Origin: Paraspadella gotoi
Taxonomy: Eukaryota; Animalia; Chaetognatha
Assembly (NCBI GenBank): GCA_051294375.1
Contig: CM119271.1
Location: 862,721-926,720 of the forward strand
Length of the DNA: 64,000 bases
Direction: 5' to 3'
Both the position numbers and the translations under genes were made by a program. Each line of letters begins with the position of its first letter. The stretch's first letter is position 1. Below, piece by piece: positions 21,490-35,261 of this stretch. The notes below the pieces were generated by a model. The model made no database searches and was not told the DNA's origin. It saw nothing but the letters and a program-made list of their open reading frames with translations.

Positions 21490-23088
21490 CGGTGCAGAAG
21501 ACCGCCTTTTTATTCAAACTTCTTTTTTCTGGATTAAAATTCATTTCGATTCTTGCGACTTTTCTCTTCCTTTTATTTTTAGCATCAAGATTTTTATTTT
21601 CTTCATTTTCTTGTGACTCGTATAAATGTAAAACTATGTAAAACGTTGACAATGTTGTATTTTCATCAACTGTAGTTATTATTATTTTATGAAAATTTAA
21701 AAATTACTTGTTTCACTATTTAAGTTTTTAAATTTTAGAATATTTATTATATATATTTATTTTATTCTTATTACATTATCCTTATTTTGAACTACCTAAA
21801 CTGGGTAATATTTATTTATTGGGCATGTTACTGTTGTCTAAATGCTTATATAAATAAATATATATAAATAAACAAAATTTGAATCTGTAATGAAATAAAA
21901 AATAAAAGCAACGAGCAGAATTTATAAAGAGTTGTATTTTTTCTCGGATATTTTCGACTTCCGCATTTTTAGTTCCGCCGCGAGTACTCTTTAAGAGGAA
22001 AGGTCAGCATAACAATACGTAATCATTGATGTGTTAGAGCTAATATATCGAGAAATACATTATAGTCATCAGTAATCACAAAGAAATAAGTTCTTATTTA
22101 TTTGTGTTCATTCTGTTTTCAATATTTTTTTTTAAATGGGTAAATAACAAAATTGTTAAGTTAAATGGGTAAGCACATTTTTTAAAGATTTGTTTTTCAA
22201 TCTGGTTGTTAAAAAATTCTAGGTAAGAAGTTAAAACACGGTATGGGATAGTTTAGAAGGGGAGAATTAAACAATTAATCTTCAGTTAAATAGATGGTAA
22301 AGAAATTCGAGCTACAATGAATCTACACTGAATTTGAAGAGTTTCAGCCTAAACGACTGCAATAATATTGAATTAAAAATTTGAAAATTTAAAAACGTTT
22401 CATTTTCAAGGATACAAGTTGAAATTTAAAAATGTCTCTCTATTACATTTTTCTAATTCAGTAATAAAGAATTCATAAAAAATATCAGATGGATTGGCCT
22501 TTTCGTTTGACCTGCAACTCTTCAGATAGGTTTCTTTTATTTTATATTATAATTAAAAGCGATATAAAATGGGGTAGAATGCATCAAATGCTTAAAGTGA
22601 ATATATTTTCGGAATCGCCAGGAGCTCAGCTTTCTGAATTTGTACTCCATTTTAGCCTATTTTGAAGTTGAATTGAATGACCCTTTTTCTTAAGTCGCTT
22701 TTCGGTCGGTCTGTCGGTCGGTCGGTATGTCTGTCCGTCGGTCAGTCACACTTACTTTAAAAATACTCATAACTCGCCTATAATTGTTTGCTCATTTGAA
22801 AAAACCGCCTATGTACATGACTGCTAGCGCCGCCTGTAGGAAATCTTAAAACTTTAAAGTATAAAAGACAATGTACTATGTAAAACGTACTATGTACATA
22901 GGCAACCTAGGCTAAGAAAGTCACTGTGGCGCAAACCACATTTGAATTTCCGTTATTGTTTTTTCTTTTTTCGATCGCAGGTCAAAAAAAAAAATGGAGT
23001 AGATGAAAATTTAAAATTTGACTTTTAAAATTTTCTGAAAGAAAAATTTTCTAGTTGACAATTTGACGTCCTGCGTTGAATTTTTGTT

Positions 23089-23124
<36 letters not shown>

Positions 23125-23743
23125 TATAATAATGTTAATAATAATAATAATGATATATATTAATAATAATGATGAAAAATATTCGAATGTCGTTTTTAGC
23201 TAATGTTTTATAACTGCTTAATGGCAAAAATTGTAACTGTTCTGGTTTAATGTCACCGAGTACTTCACGGATTTTTAATTTTAGACAAATTCGCTAACGA
23301 GTAGGAGAGTTTTACTATATTATTGGACTAAATAATATTAAATTTTAAAACAAATAAAAAGGTTTAAAATATTTTACATAAGTTTTAAATTTGATTCATA
23401 TTAGATTAATTTTATATTTAATAATGTTATTTTGTCGAAGGATGTTAGTGTCGTCTTTTGAAAAGGTATACAACATTATCTTAAAAATTCCTATCTGCCT
23501 TATTTTTTTAATTAGATATTAACCATCATTTTTGTTAGGAAAGCATTTCTTATTAATACTATGTTACACTAAAGACGTCGCTATTCTAGTTTTGCAGTTT
23601 TTTACGCGCAGTTTCTTTTCTTGGGAGACGAAAATCCAATTGCAACAAGAAATGTGACCTTCGTTTATGATCGTCTCTCTCTCTGTCTGAATTTTCTTTC
23701 TCTCTTGAATATCCAACTATCTCTCTCTCTCTCTCCCTCTCTC

Positions 23744-23779
<36 letters not shown>

Positions 23780-24073
23780 AGTCTCTCTCTCTCTCCTATC
23801 TCATCTTAGACTCCATCTCTCGCGTAGAATTTACGACAGTTTGTCTCGAGGAAAATCGAAAAACGCGAAAGAAACTGAAATAGGGAAAAAATATAACAAA
23901 ACATGAAAAACAAAGAAACGGAAATGACAAGAAAACAAAATATATTGATAAAAAACCTAAAAACTGAAAATAGATGTAATATTTTGACCTTGAGTCTTGT
24001 GTTCGGTCCGGAGAAAGGAGAAACTCATTCCTTCTTTCTTCGTCTTTTGACGAGGGTTGCTTATTTTTGAGGG

Positions 24074-24211
<138 letters not shown>

Positions 24212-25267
24212 GGAAAAGACTAAGAAAGACTTGGCGGAGACTGGCAAAGACAAGGCAAAGTCATGGCAAAGATATGGCAAAGACTGGCGAAGACTGGCAA
24301 AGCCTGGCTATTGGCTAAGACAAGGCAATGATTAAAAGTTGCAATATTTGCCAGATCAAGTCTACACCAAAGCCTTAAAGACTATCTTTTTCTCTCTTTC
24401 GATTTGTCATCTGAAAAAAGGAATGTCACGTTGAGCAGCATTCACGCTGGGATTACACGGGAAAATTCACCGACTATGAAATTGAAGAAAACTTTTTTTA
24501 TTTTGAAAAATTTTTTTTTTTAAATGGCAAAACCATTAGGAGGTTTTAAAAAATCCCTAGAGATTTGTTCAAAATTCAAAATTTTACAAGTTTTTATTTT
24601 ATTTATTTTATTTTACCCAAAAAATGACATTTTTATGATAAAAAATGTTTCTCTTTAGAGATTCGTTCCTCTGCGCTTTAATTATCGACTTCGGTTGAGT
24701 CAAGGGGAAAAGTCTCAAGTCTCAAGTCTCAAGAGAGATGGATAAAGAAAAAGATAGAGATAGAGAGAGAAAAGGATAGAATAGGACCGGAGGAGAGAGA
24801 GCGGGAGAGACAAAAAGAGAGAGTGAACGAGAGAGAGAAAAAAGATAGAAAGAGAGAAGGAGAAAGAGAGAGACAGAGAGAGAGAGAACGAGAGTTTGAA
24901 GGAAATTATGAAAAATGTGCGCAGTTTTTTTCTCGGAATTGATTCTGTTTTTCAAATCCCCGATTTGCTTAGAGCGAGATTTTCTAGTCATGAGCTGAAT
25001 TCGCTAATTTCGATCTATTTTAACATCTTTTTATTAATTTCATTACTAATTAGATAAATTAATCATTTAAATTCTTTATGATATTCGTTATGGTTAAGAT
25101 TTTGTGACAGTCTTTTGTTTTTGTTGATGTTTTTAGTCTTTTTTGTGACAAATAAACCGGAAAAAAAACAAACTAAAAAAGAACGGAAACAAGGAACCAG
25201 CAGAACTAACGAACAAAACCTGAATCGGTGGATGGCAGAAGTTGTAAAAAAATGATCTCTCTCTCTC

Positions 25268-25301
<34 letters not shown>

Positions 25302-26985
25302 GGCGCATTTTTCGCTCAAAAAAAGGACAGTGAAAGTGGATTTGTTTATAAAAGTGATCAGCATCGCAATAGATGTTGATTTTATAAGAGTTTTAAACTT
25401 AACACTTTGGCCGAGAGTCGTACCATACTTTTTATGTTACTTTCTTCTCTTCCGTTTGCTTGTTTCTTTGCTTGCTTGCTTGCTTTGGTCACGTCGTAAA
25501 AATATTCCATTCATCCATCTTTGTTATTGTTATGAAATTCGTTTCAGCGGAAGATCGAACTTTATTCTGTTTTTCTGAAGAAAGAGTCTGGCGCCGTGTT
25601 TGGGCGTCTAGTGGCGCCGGATTAATGTTTGTCTTAGCTGGTTTAAAACTGTCGGGTTTAAAACTGATTTATAATTTGAAAGAAAAAAAGATGTTTGTTT
25701 CATAACTAGTAAATATCAGTTTTACAAGCAGTAAATTATCAAGTTGTAAGCATTAATCTTTAATTAATTCAGTTTTACCTTTATCAAACCTCCAACCGAG
25801 TCCTTTATTAACAAAACACTTTCAAAGAGATGATTAGACGAAGTTGACCTATAAAATCAAAATTGATTCTCCGTTTTAGAAGATGCGCCCTTTTTCAGTC
25901 TTGAATCCTTCATGGCCTTTAGAAGAAACTTTGTGGTCAGTCAGTGGGTCTGATAATCTGTTTTTATGTATGAATTTATATTAAATTTATTTTAAGAATA
26001 AAAGAAACTTCGATATGAACTACAGAGAGAAAAAAATTATAAATGTGTTCCATTTAAACTATGTTTAATTTTATTCTACTGATATTTTTTTATACATAAT
26101 ATTATTAAAAAATTATTTTTTTCATCCGAATTTTTTTTTAAGCTACGATATTTTCTATGTCAATTTTTATTTTCAAAAAATCTCTTTCTTTAAATCCACA
26201 TCCGTTAAACCTTCTCGATTTTTCCTCCCACCATCATAATTCACATAAAGACCAAACATTTTCAAAATAATAAAACAAAAAAGTTTTCATAGCGAAAAAT
26301 GATTCAAATTATTATTTCTCGAAATTTTTTGACGTTTATTCTTTACTTCGTATTTCGATTTTAAAATTCACATGGCAGATCGGCTTCCCGTCACATTTTT
26401 TCCGCTATTCCGCTTTTACCACCAGATTCGCGACTCTTTTTAATCGATAAACATCCCGTCCTTTCCCCCCCCCCCATATTTCCGGCCTCCAGCGACGTCT
26501 CTACCGGAAAATCATCCGGACCGCGGATCCTGGTTGAGCCTCGCCGATCCGCCCAACGGCGCCGCCTCATTTTCCGGCCTGAATTACCGCGCTTCCGGCG
26601 TCGAGGCTTTTACACCGGGAACGCCGGGAACGCCGGGGACAGTCACTTCGAATCTGAGTGAGTGGAATTATGAACAGTGGGGGGGGGGAGAAGTGATGTT
26701 CAACTTTTAGATTGTTTGTTTAATTTTTTTTTATTATTAGATATAACGTGAGAAAAATCACTTTTTAACTCGTCTTTTTTTTTTATATTTCTTAATTAAA
26801 AAAAGCATTAATGAATATGACATCCTAACTGACGAATTTACAATTGACAACTCTGAATAACTGAATTTTTGAATGAATTGCATTATTTTTAAAATTTTCC
26901 TTGCGTAAATTTTTTGAACAAAATTAATTTATAACAATTATTAACAAAGTTTGATTTTATTTTGCAACGAATTTAAATTTTAAGA

Positions 26986-27030
26986 GAGCAGACATGTTTC
27001 GGCTCACAATACGAGCCTTCATCAGCGCAC
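26986..27030 (-). ncRNA. Minimal type I hammerhead ribozyme (PLE-associated), sense to the element
   Basis: The minus strand reads GTGCG-CTGATGA-A-GGCTC-GTATTGT-GAGCC-GAAA-CATG-TC-TGCTC: conserved core, 5-bp stem II, palindromic ACATGT stem III and a GUC cleavage site. Confidence 0.85.
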
Positions 27031-27195
27031 ATGAGTTATGAACTTGATACAAGTTTTTAGTTAAAGTAAAAGAGAGAGAGAGAGAGAGGGTTAAAGGTTT
27101 CCAACAAAGAATTGAGTAGGACAGTGATCAGTGGTGAGGACAGATTTTTGGAAGTGGCTAGTTTGAATAAGTTTTGAAAAGAAGTGAAAATTGGT

Positions 27196-27235
<40 letters not shown>

Positions 27236-27878
27236 AAAAATAAATAATTACATTTGAGCATATGTACAACATAGATAAAGATAATGGAAACTGTTTAATA
27301 ACAAATTGAAATAAATTAATTTTTGAAATTGAAATTGAAAAGTTGAAAATTGAAATTGAGAAGTTGAAAATTTGAGATTTTAGAGAGATAGATAAGTAAA
27401 GACTGTAGAGAAATATAAGAATTAGAAAGAACTCAAAATGAGCTGGGCCCCCCCGGTCTTATGAAGGAGAGGTATTGCTGACGGGGCCGGGTCATTGGCG
27501 CGTCATGGGTTGAGAGGATAATGGGATTGATCTCGTGTTGGCTGGGTCAGGTATTGCTCCCTGAGGAAACAAACCCAAGGCCACCCTTATATCCTCTCTG
27601 GCCTGATGCGCCTGCGCGCGGCCCTCTTCTCACCTGACGGTGAGTGTGGCGGGTATCCACTCTTGCCACTTTAGTGACTGGGATGGTGGAATCCTTTCAT
27701 CTTCCTGTAGCCGTCGTTTGGGGCGACGCCCAGACCCTCAGAGAAAGAGGCTGAGTTGCTGCCGGAGATTCGGAGGTGTCAGGTGCCCATCGTTTAACCG
27801 AGGGTCTCCGCCTTACCCGTTGGTGGGGATAGGGAGTCATTGTGCGGTTGTGGTGGTGTGGGGCGTTCCACCACTGTT

Positions 27879-29323
27879 TTATAAGCGAATCATAGTTTGG
27901 AGGGAGATCGAATCTCCTCCATCACGGTTCAAAGAGGGTTCGAGGGCCTTGATGTAAATGGCCTCTCTAATACCTCTTGAGAACCAGTTAGGGTCATGGG
28001 ACAGCACGAGACAGTCTTCCTCTCTGAATCGATGACCACTGAGCGTTGCGTGCTCTGCTATAGCGGACATGATATGCCCACGCGCGTCTCTGTAGGGCCT
28101 TACATGCTGCTGGAAACGGTCTGAGAGAGACTTGCCTGTCTCGCCCACATATGCTGCTGCACAGGGTTGGTTGCCCGCCCCTGCACAGGCCGCCCAATAG
28201 ACGGCTCCTGATGTTTTCGTCAGGGGATTTTGTCTTTCGGTTTCACCATTTGCTCACGTAGGGAGCCGCGGGCCGTCACTGAGGTGGAGATCCCCTGCTT
28301 TGCTAGCACCCGCACCAAATGACTCAGTGATCCCCTGGTGGTAGGGAGGGACAAGTGGCCACGCTCCTGGGACGCTTCTGCTATCTTCCAATTGCGCTGT
28401 GGTGGGCGCGGTAGGCATTTCGGCAGCAGATCCCAACCATCCTCCTGGGGGGCAGAGGATGTGCCAACGCCAGCGGTTATTTGGGTAGTCCCTGCTGGCC
28501 ACTACCCTCAGCCGGTTTCTGCCGATACCTTGCTTTCTCGAATGCCCACAGAGGGTAATTATTGAGCGCCAAGGCTCTTTTGACGTGCTCAAGCTCGGCG
28601 GCCTGAAGCTCGGGGGTCGACGGAATCAGTGCAGCTCTCCTGGTAAGGGACCTGACCGTGGCGAGCTTATGGCTCAAGGGCATGTGAATCAAAGGGAATG
28701 TACTGATCTGTGTGTGTTGGTTTACGATAGACTGTGAACTCCAATGAACCGCCCTCTTTGCGCTGAATCAGCACATCGAGCATTGGAATTGCACCATTCA
28801 CCTCTTTTTCGCATGTCCACTTGATGCTCGCGTGCTTGCTGTTCAAATGGTTTAGTAGGTCCTCAATGAGGTCCTTTCTCACGGCCAGTATTGTATCGTC
28901 TGCCTTCCGATACCAGAAGAGGACTGACTCTGCCCATGCAACGATCGAAAAGAGGACAAAGCTTCCACCTCATAGTCCTCCATAAAGAAATCTGCCAGAG
29001 GATGAGACGTGGATTTGCCCATCCCTAAGCCACCAGGCTGGGCATAGTACTGTCCATCGAACCTGAAGTACGCCAGTTCCAGGTCCAATCGCAGCAGTGC
29101 CATGATATCATCCAATTGGATTGGCGTACGCTCGTGCAATAACTGATCTTCCATCAGGCGACGCTCTGCTGATTTTAGCGCCAAGTCCTGTGGAATATTT
29201 GTAAAACATGCTCGTAAATCGCACGAGACCAAGAGATGAGTATCGGGCACTTTTATGCTGCAATTTTTCCGTCAGATCTAAGGAGTTCATGAGGTGGTGT
29301 TCATTACCGACAAGGGAGTGAGA
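27879..29323 (-). pseudogene. Penelope-like RT plus GIY-YIG endonuclease (frameshifted, N-truncated)
   Basis: RT motifs RILTPLVG..HH..NS, LVSCD..FTNIP, Q..GLGMG, WYRKADD, MLDV and VYRKPTHTDQY. Endonuclease motifs GAVYW.AC...C...YVGETG...RF..H, SAIAEH and REAIYI..LN. These resemble Poseidon-type PLEs. Frameshifts differ between the two copies. Confidence 0.88.
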
Positions 29324-29694
29324 ATTCTCATTTTGAGCTCTTTCTTAATTCTTATATTTCTCTACAGTCTTTACTTATCTATCTCTCTAAAATCTCAAAT
29401 TTTCAACTTCTCAATTTCAATTTTCAACTTTTCAATTTCAATTTCAAAAATTAATTTATTTTCAATTTGTTATTAAACAGTTTCCATTATCTTTATCTAT
29501 GTTGTACATTGCTCAAATGTAATTATTTATTTATTTTGTCTCTCTCCTCTCTCTCTTCTCTCTCTCTCTCTCTCTCTTCTGTCTCTCTCACCAATTTTCA
29601 CTTCTTTTCAAAACTTATTCAAACTAGCCACTTCCAAAAATCTGTCCTCACCACTGATCACTGTCCTTACTCAATTCTTTGTTGGAAACCTTTA

Positions 29695-29755
<61 letters not shown>

Positions 29756-29790
29756 TTTAACTAAAAACTTGTATCAAGTTCATAACTCAT

Positions 29791-29835
29791 GTGCGCTGAT
29801 GAAGGCTCGTATTGTGAGCCGAAACATGTCTGCTC
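29791..29835 (+). ncRNA. Minimal hammerhead ribozyme in the inverted pLTR
   Basis: Same sequence on the plus strand; CTGATGA at 29796-29802, predicted cleavage after C29830. Confidence 0.85.
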
Positions 29836-30331
29836 TCTTAAAATAAAATTCGTTGCAAAATAAATACAAACTTTGTTAATCTCTCAAACACACGAAAAAG
29901 AAAGGATAATTACCATGAACAATTATTAAAAAATGCGATGAAAGGTTGGGCATCGTCTTAAACGCACGAAACTGCGGGCGTGAAGAAAGTGGTTGTTATT
30001 GTGGTTCACTGAACTTACCCGCCTCTGACTATAACATCTAAGAGTGAATGACCCGACAGGGTGGAACCACTACAAACATTTTATGAAAAAGAAAGTTGCA
30101 ATTGAAAGGACTCTTTGGGTTGCTGTTTTATCGCTTGCTTTTACAACTTGGTTGGCTACGAGACTTTCTTTCTTTCTCTCTTTCTTTCTTGTCCTCTTTT
30201 TCAAGATTGAACGTAAATAAGGATAAAAATTGGCTACTAACCCTGACATGGAGAATTCTGTGGGAGAAAAAAGAAAAGAAGTAATATAAGTAATAAAATA
30301 AAGGAAAAGAAAAGGAAGGTCAAGCTGATCG

Positions 30332-30454
<123 letters not shown>

Positions 30455-31271
30455 GATTATTTCTCTCCATTTGGCAAAGACGCGATTTTCGATTTCTGTG
30501 CCAACGCAGTCGCCAACTCTCGACGCTGTCAGCCGGCGTCAGCGGCGTCACTCCAGCCTCCCGCCTGCAAGATTGTCCCTTCCTCTCTTTTCCGATCCAT
30601 CGACGTGGGGCGTCGCAGAAATCGTCGCAGGTGACGCCGCAGCCGCAGCCGCAGCCGACGCTCGTCAGTATGGAAGGTCGTGGGATCCAGACATGATACT
30701 AACTTGGTTTCAAATCCGACTGTCTATCGAACCAATCATGCAAATAAATTCTACAAGCAGCTTGGGCATTGGGCAACTATCATTGCCTCCATTCTCTAGA
30801 GGCTTTTTGAGTTCTGTTCACCGAAGCGCCCTCTCACCTCCAAAGTTCAATTTAATATCGATGCTTCGATCTCTCTTTTTTTACTTTCTACCTTTTAAGC
30901 ATCTTTCTTTCTACCTTCTTTCTTTTTTCCTTCTCCCTTCTACTTTTCTACTTTAACTGCCCCAGTCCCGTGTGCTCTATACCTCCTTCCCTCTCTCCCT
31001 CCTTTATTGTCTCTCTCTTTCCTTCCTTCCTCCTTTCCTTCTCCTTCCCTCTCTCCCTCCTCCTTCCCTCCTTTATTCTCTCTCTCCCTCCTTCCTCCCT
31101 CCTCCTTCCTTCCTCCTCCTTCCCGCTCCCTTTTCTCCTCCCTCTTCTTCTTCCTCTTTTCCTTCCTATTTCCTCCCGCCCCTTTCTTTCTCTCCCTCTC
31201 CCTCTTCATATATCTCCCCCCCCGAACAATTCATCCTTCTGATCCTCAAAGAAAATGACATTTCGCTACCT

Positions 31272-31342
<71 letters not shown>

Positions 31343-32157
31343 TTCTTTTTTCATCTCATTTGCATAAATGAGTCGGAATGGTTAATCCCATCAATCCTTC
31401 TGGCTTTCAGCTCTTTCGGCTCTGTCGTCGTCGTCGTCGTCGTTATCGTTGTCATCGTTGTCGTCGTCGTCGTCTTTGATCTTTGTCATCATCGTCGTCG
31501 TCGTCGTCATCTTATCCGTCCTCTTCTCAGATTTGTCATCAAAAATATTTCAAAGAGAAAACAATACAATGTCTAAAAAAAATATTTAAAGATTTTACAA
31601 TTTTTTTTTCATATCTCTGATAATTGCGACTTTTCGAGAGTACATTTAAAGAAATTAAAATCTTTAGGTTGCTTAATTTGCTTGTTTTGTATTTAAATGA
31701 AATTAAAAAAACAATTGAAAACAGTTGTGAAGTTTCATAACTCTGGACCCTATATTACTATCCTATAGTTAATTATTTGTATCATATATTTCCTATATTT
31801 AACAATTTTATAACATTTTCAGTCCAGTCCAGTTAATTTTTATCACAATTCAATCTCAGCTTCGTCCCAATATCTGGAAAAATCCGGCGTCGGTCGAGTG
31901 GAAAGAATTAGAGATGACGACGACGATGACGACGACGACGACAGGGACGAATTTCAGGTAAGGACAATCATTCAATTTTCTTTTCAATTTTTTTGAGACA
32001 TTTTTCTCTCTGATTGTTCTGTAATCTTTGGCTCTCTTTTCCAAAAACGCCCCATTTCTGTTCCTTAATGCCTGAACTAAATTTGAACTAAATATATAAC
32101 CTTAATCTGTTACCAAACTCATATTATAATTTTTGTCCCTAATTTCTAATTGTGATT

Positions 32158-32421
32158 CTAAACCTAAACCCAATTCTTAACCCTAACCTTAAACCTAAAC
32201 CCAATCCTTAACCTTAATCCTAAACCCAATCCTTAACCCTAACCTTAAACCTAAACCCTATCCTTAACCCTAACCTTAAACCCAATCCTTAATCCTAACC
32301 TTAAACCTAAACCCAATCCTTAACCTTAATCCTAAACCCAATCCTTAACCCTAAACCTAAACCTAAACCCAATCCTTAACCTTAATCCTAAACCTAATCC
32401 TTAACCCTAAACCTAAACCCA
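32158..32421. repeat. Telomere-like degenerate hexamer satellite
   Basis: Mix of CCCTAA, CCTTAA, ACCTAA, ACCCAA and TCCTAA variants in higher-order units. Confidence 0.9.
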
Positions 32422-33513
32422 CCTGGGGGGCAGGGATGTGCCAACGCCAGCGGTTATTTGGGTAGTCCCTGCTGGCCACTACCCTCAGCCGGTTTCTGCC
32501 GATACCTTGCTTTCTCGAATGCCCACAGAGGGTAATTATTGAGCGCCAAGGCTCTTTTGACGTGCTCAAGCTCGGCGGCCTGAAGCTCGGGGTCGACGGA
32601 ATCAGTGCAGCTCTCCTGGTAAGGGACCTGACCGTGGCGAGCTTATGGCTCAAGGAGCATGTGAATCAAAGGGAATGTACTGATCTGTGTGTGTTGGTTT
32701 ACGATAGACTGTGAACTCCAATGAACCGCCCTCTTTGCGCTGAATCAGCACATCGAGCATTGGAATTGCACCATTCACCTCTTTTTCGCATGTCCACTTG
32801 ATGCTCGCGTGCTTGCTGTTCAAATGGTTTAGTAGGTCCTCAATGAGGTCCTTTCTCACGGCCAGTATTGTATCGTCTGCCTTCCGATACCAGAAGAGGA
32901 CTGACTCTGCCCCATGCAACGATCGAAAAGAGGACAAACTTCCACCTCATAGTCCTCCATAAAGAAATCTGCCAGAGGATTGACGTGGATTTGCCCATCC
33001 CTAAGCCACCAGCTGGGCATAGTACTGTCCATCGAACCTGAAGTACGCCAGTTCCAGGTCCAATCGCAGCAGTGCCATGATATCATCCAATTGGATTGGC
33101 GTACGCTCGTGCAATAACTGATCTTCCATCAGGCGACGCTCTGCTGATTTTAGCGCCAAGTCCTGTGGAATATTTGTAAACATGCTCTGTAAATCGCACG
33201 AGACCAAGAGATGAGTATCGGGCACTTTTGTATGCTGCAATTTTTCCGTCAGATCTAAGGAGTTCATGAGGTGGTGTTCATTACCGACAAGGGAGTGAGA
33301 ATTCTCATTTTGAGCTCTTTCTTAATTCTTATATTTCTCTACAGTCTTTACTTATCTATCTCTCTAAAATCTCAAATTTTCAACTTCTCAATTTCAATTT
33401 TCAACTTTTCAATTTCAATTTCAAAAATTAATTTATTTTCAATTTGTTATTAAACAGTTTCCATTATCTTTATCTATGTTGTACATTGCTCAAATGTAAT
33501 TATTTATTTATTT

Positions 33514-33563
<50 letters not shown>

Positions 33564-33667
33564 ACCAATTTTCACTTCTTTTCAAAACTTATTCAAACTA
33601 GCCACTTCCAAAAATCTGTCCTCACCACTGATCACTGTCCTTACTCAATTCTTTGTTGGAAACCTTT

Positions 33668-33720
<53 letters not shown>

Positions 33721-33857
33721 CTCTCTTTTACTTTAACTAAAAACTTGTATCAAGTTCATAACTCATGTGCGCTGATGAAGGCTCGTATTGTGAGCCGAAA
33801 CATGTCTGCTCTCTTAAAATAAAATTCGTTTGCAAAATAAAATCAAACTTTGTTAAT
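32422..33857 (-). mobile_element. Second, partial copy of the Penelope-like element (RT part plus inverted pLTR)
   Basis: Near-identical to 28444-29880, including the same 5' junction and the same flank. It lacks the endonuclease and starts directly after the telomere-like satellite. Confidence 0.88.
33767..33811 (+). ncRNA. Minimal hammerhead ribozyme (duplicate copy)
   Basis: Identical to 29791-29835. Confidence 0.85.
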
Positions 33858-34307
33858 CTCTCAAACAACGAAAAAGAAAGGATAATTACCATGAACAATT
33901 ATTAAAAAATGCGATGAAAGGTTGGGCATCGTCTTAAACGCACGAAACTGCGGGCGTGAAGAAAGTGGTTGTTATTGTGGTTCACTGAACTTACCCGCCT
34001 CTGACTATAACATCTAAGAGTGAATGACCCGACAGGGTGGAACCACTACAAACATTTTATGAAAAAGAAGTTGCAATTGAAAGGACTCTTTGGGTTGCTG
34101 TTTTATCGCTTGCTTTTACAACTTGGTTGGCTACGAGACTTTCTTTCTTTCTCTCTTTCTTTCTTGTCCTCTTTTTCAAGATTGAACGTAAATAAGGATA
34201 AAAATTGGCTACTAACCCTGACATGGAGAATTCTGTGGGAGAAAAAGAAAAGAAGTAATATAAGTAATAAAATAAAGGAAAAGAAAAGGAAGGTCAAGCT
34301 GATCGAT

Positions 34308-34383
<76 letters not shown>

Positions 34384-34408
34384 GATTATTTCTCTCCATT
34401 TGGCAAAG

Positions 34409-34558
34409 ACGCGATTTTCGATTTCTGTGCCAACGCAGTCGCCAACTCTCGACGCTGTCAGCCGGCGTCAGCGGCGTCACTCAGCCTCCCGCCTGCAAGA
34501 TTGTCCCTTCCTCTCTTTTCCGATCCATCGACGTGGGGCGTCGCAGAAATCGTCGCAG
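34409..34558 (+). CDS. Putative exon of an unidentified host gene
   Basis: GC-rich island bounded by AG and CAG|GTGACG, 150 nt, phase 2 in and out, open frame RDFRFLCQ...RRRNRR. Duplicate at ~30480-30630. Confidence 0.33.
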
Positions 34559-35194
34559 GTGACGCCGCAGCCGCAGCCGCAGCCGACGCTCGTCAGTATG
34601 GAAGGTCGTGGATCCAGACATGATACTAACTTGTTTCAAATCCGACTGTCTATCGAACCAATCATGCAAATAAATTCTACAAGCAGCTTTGGGCATTGGG
34701 CAACTATCATTGCCTCCATTCTCTAGAGGCTTTTTGAGTTCTGTTCACCGAAGCGCCTCTCACCTCCAAAGTTCAATTTAATATCGATGCTTCGATCTCT
34801 CTTTTTTTACTTTCTACCTTTAAGCATCTTTCTTTCTACCTTCTTTCTTTTTCCTTCTCCCTTCTACTTTTCTACTTTAACTGCCCCAGTCCCGTGTGCT
34901 CTATACCTCCTTCCCTCTCTCCCTCCTTTATTGTCTCTCTCTTTCCTTCCTTCCTCCTTTCCTTCTCCTTCCCTCTCTCCCTCCTCCTTCCCTCCTTTAT
35001 TCTCTCTCCTCCTTCCTCCCTCCTCCTTCCTTCCTCCTCCTTCCCGCCTCCCTTTTCTCCTCCCTCTTCTTCTTCCTCTTTTCCTTCCTATTTCCTCCCG
35101 CCCCTTTCTTTCTCTCCCTCTCCCTCTTCATATATCTCCCCCCCCGAACAATTCATCCTTCTGATCCTCAAAGAAAATGACATTTCGCTACCTT

Positions 35195-35261
<67 letters not shown>

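Larger units (their letters stand above)
26940..29880 (-). mobile_element. Penelope-like retroelement, 5'-truncated, with inverted pseudo-LTR
   Basis: RT and GIY-YIG coding sequence is flanked by ~500-550-bp inverted repeats (26940-27442 and 29327-29880), each with a hammerhead ribozyme. No TSD seen. Confidence 0.92.

Noticed and set aside
32380-32460. Telomere-attached Athena/Terminon-type PLE insertion
   Set aside because: The element encodes a GIY-YIG endonuclease, and the copy shares its 5' junction and flank with 28444-32421. It is therefore a duplication breakpoint rather than an independent telomeric insertion.
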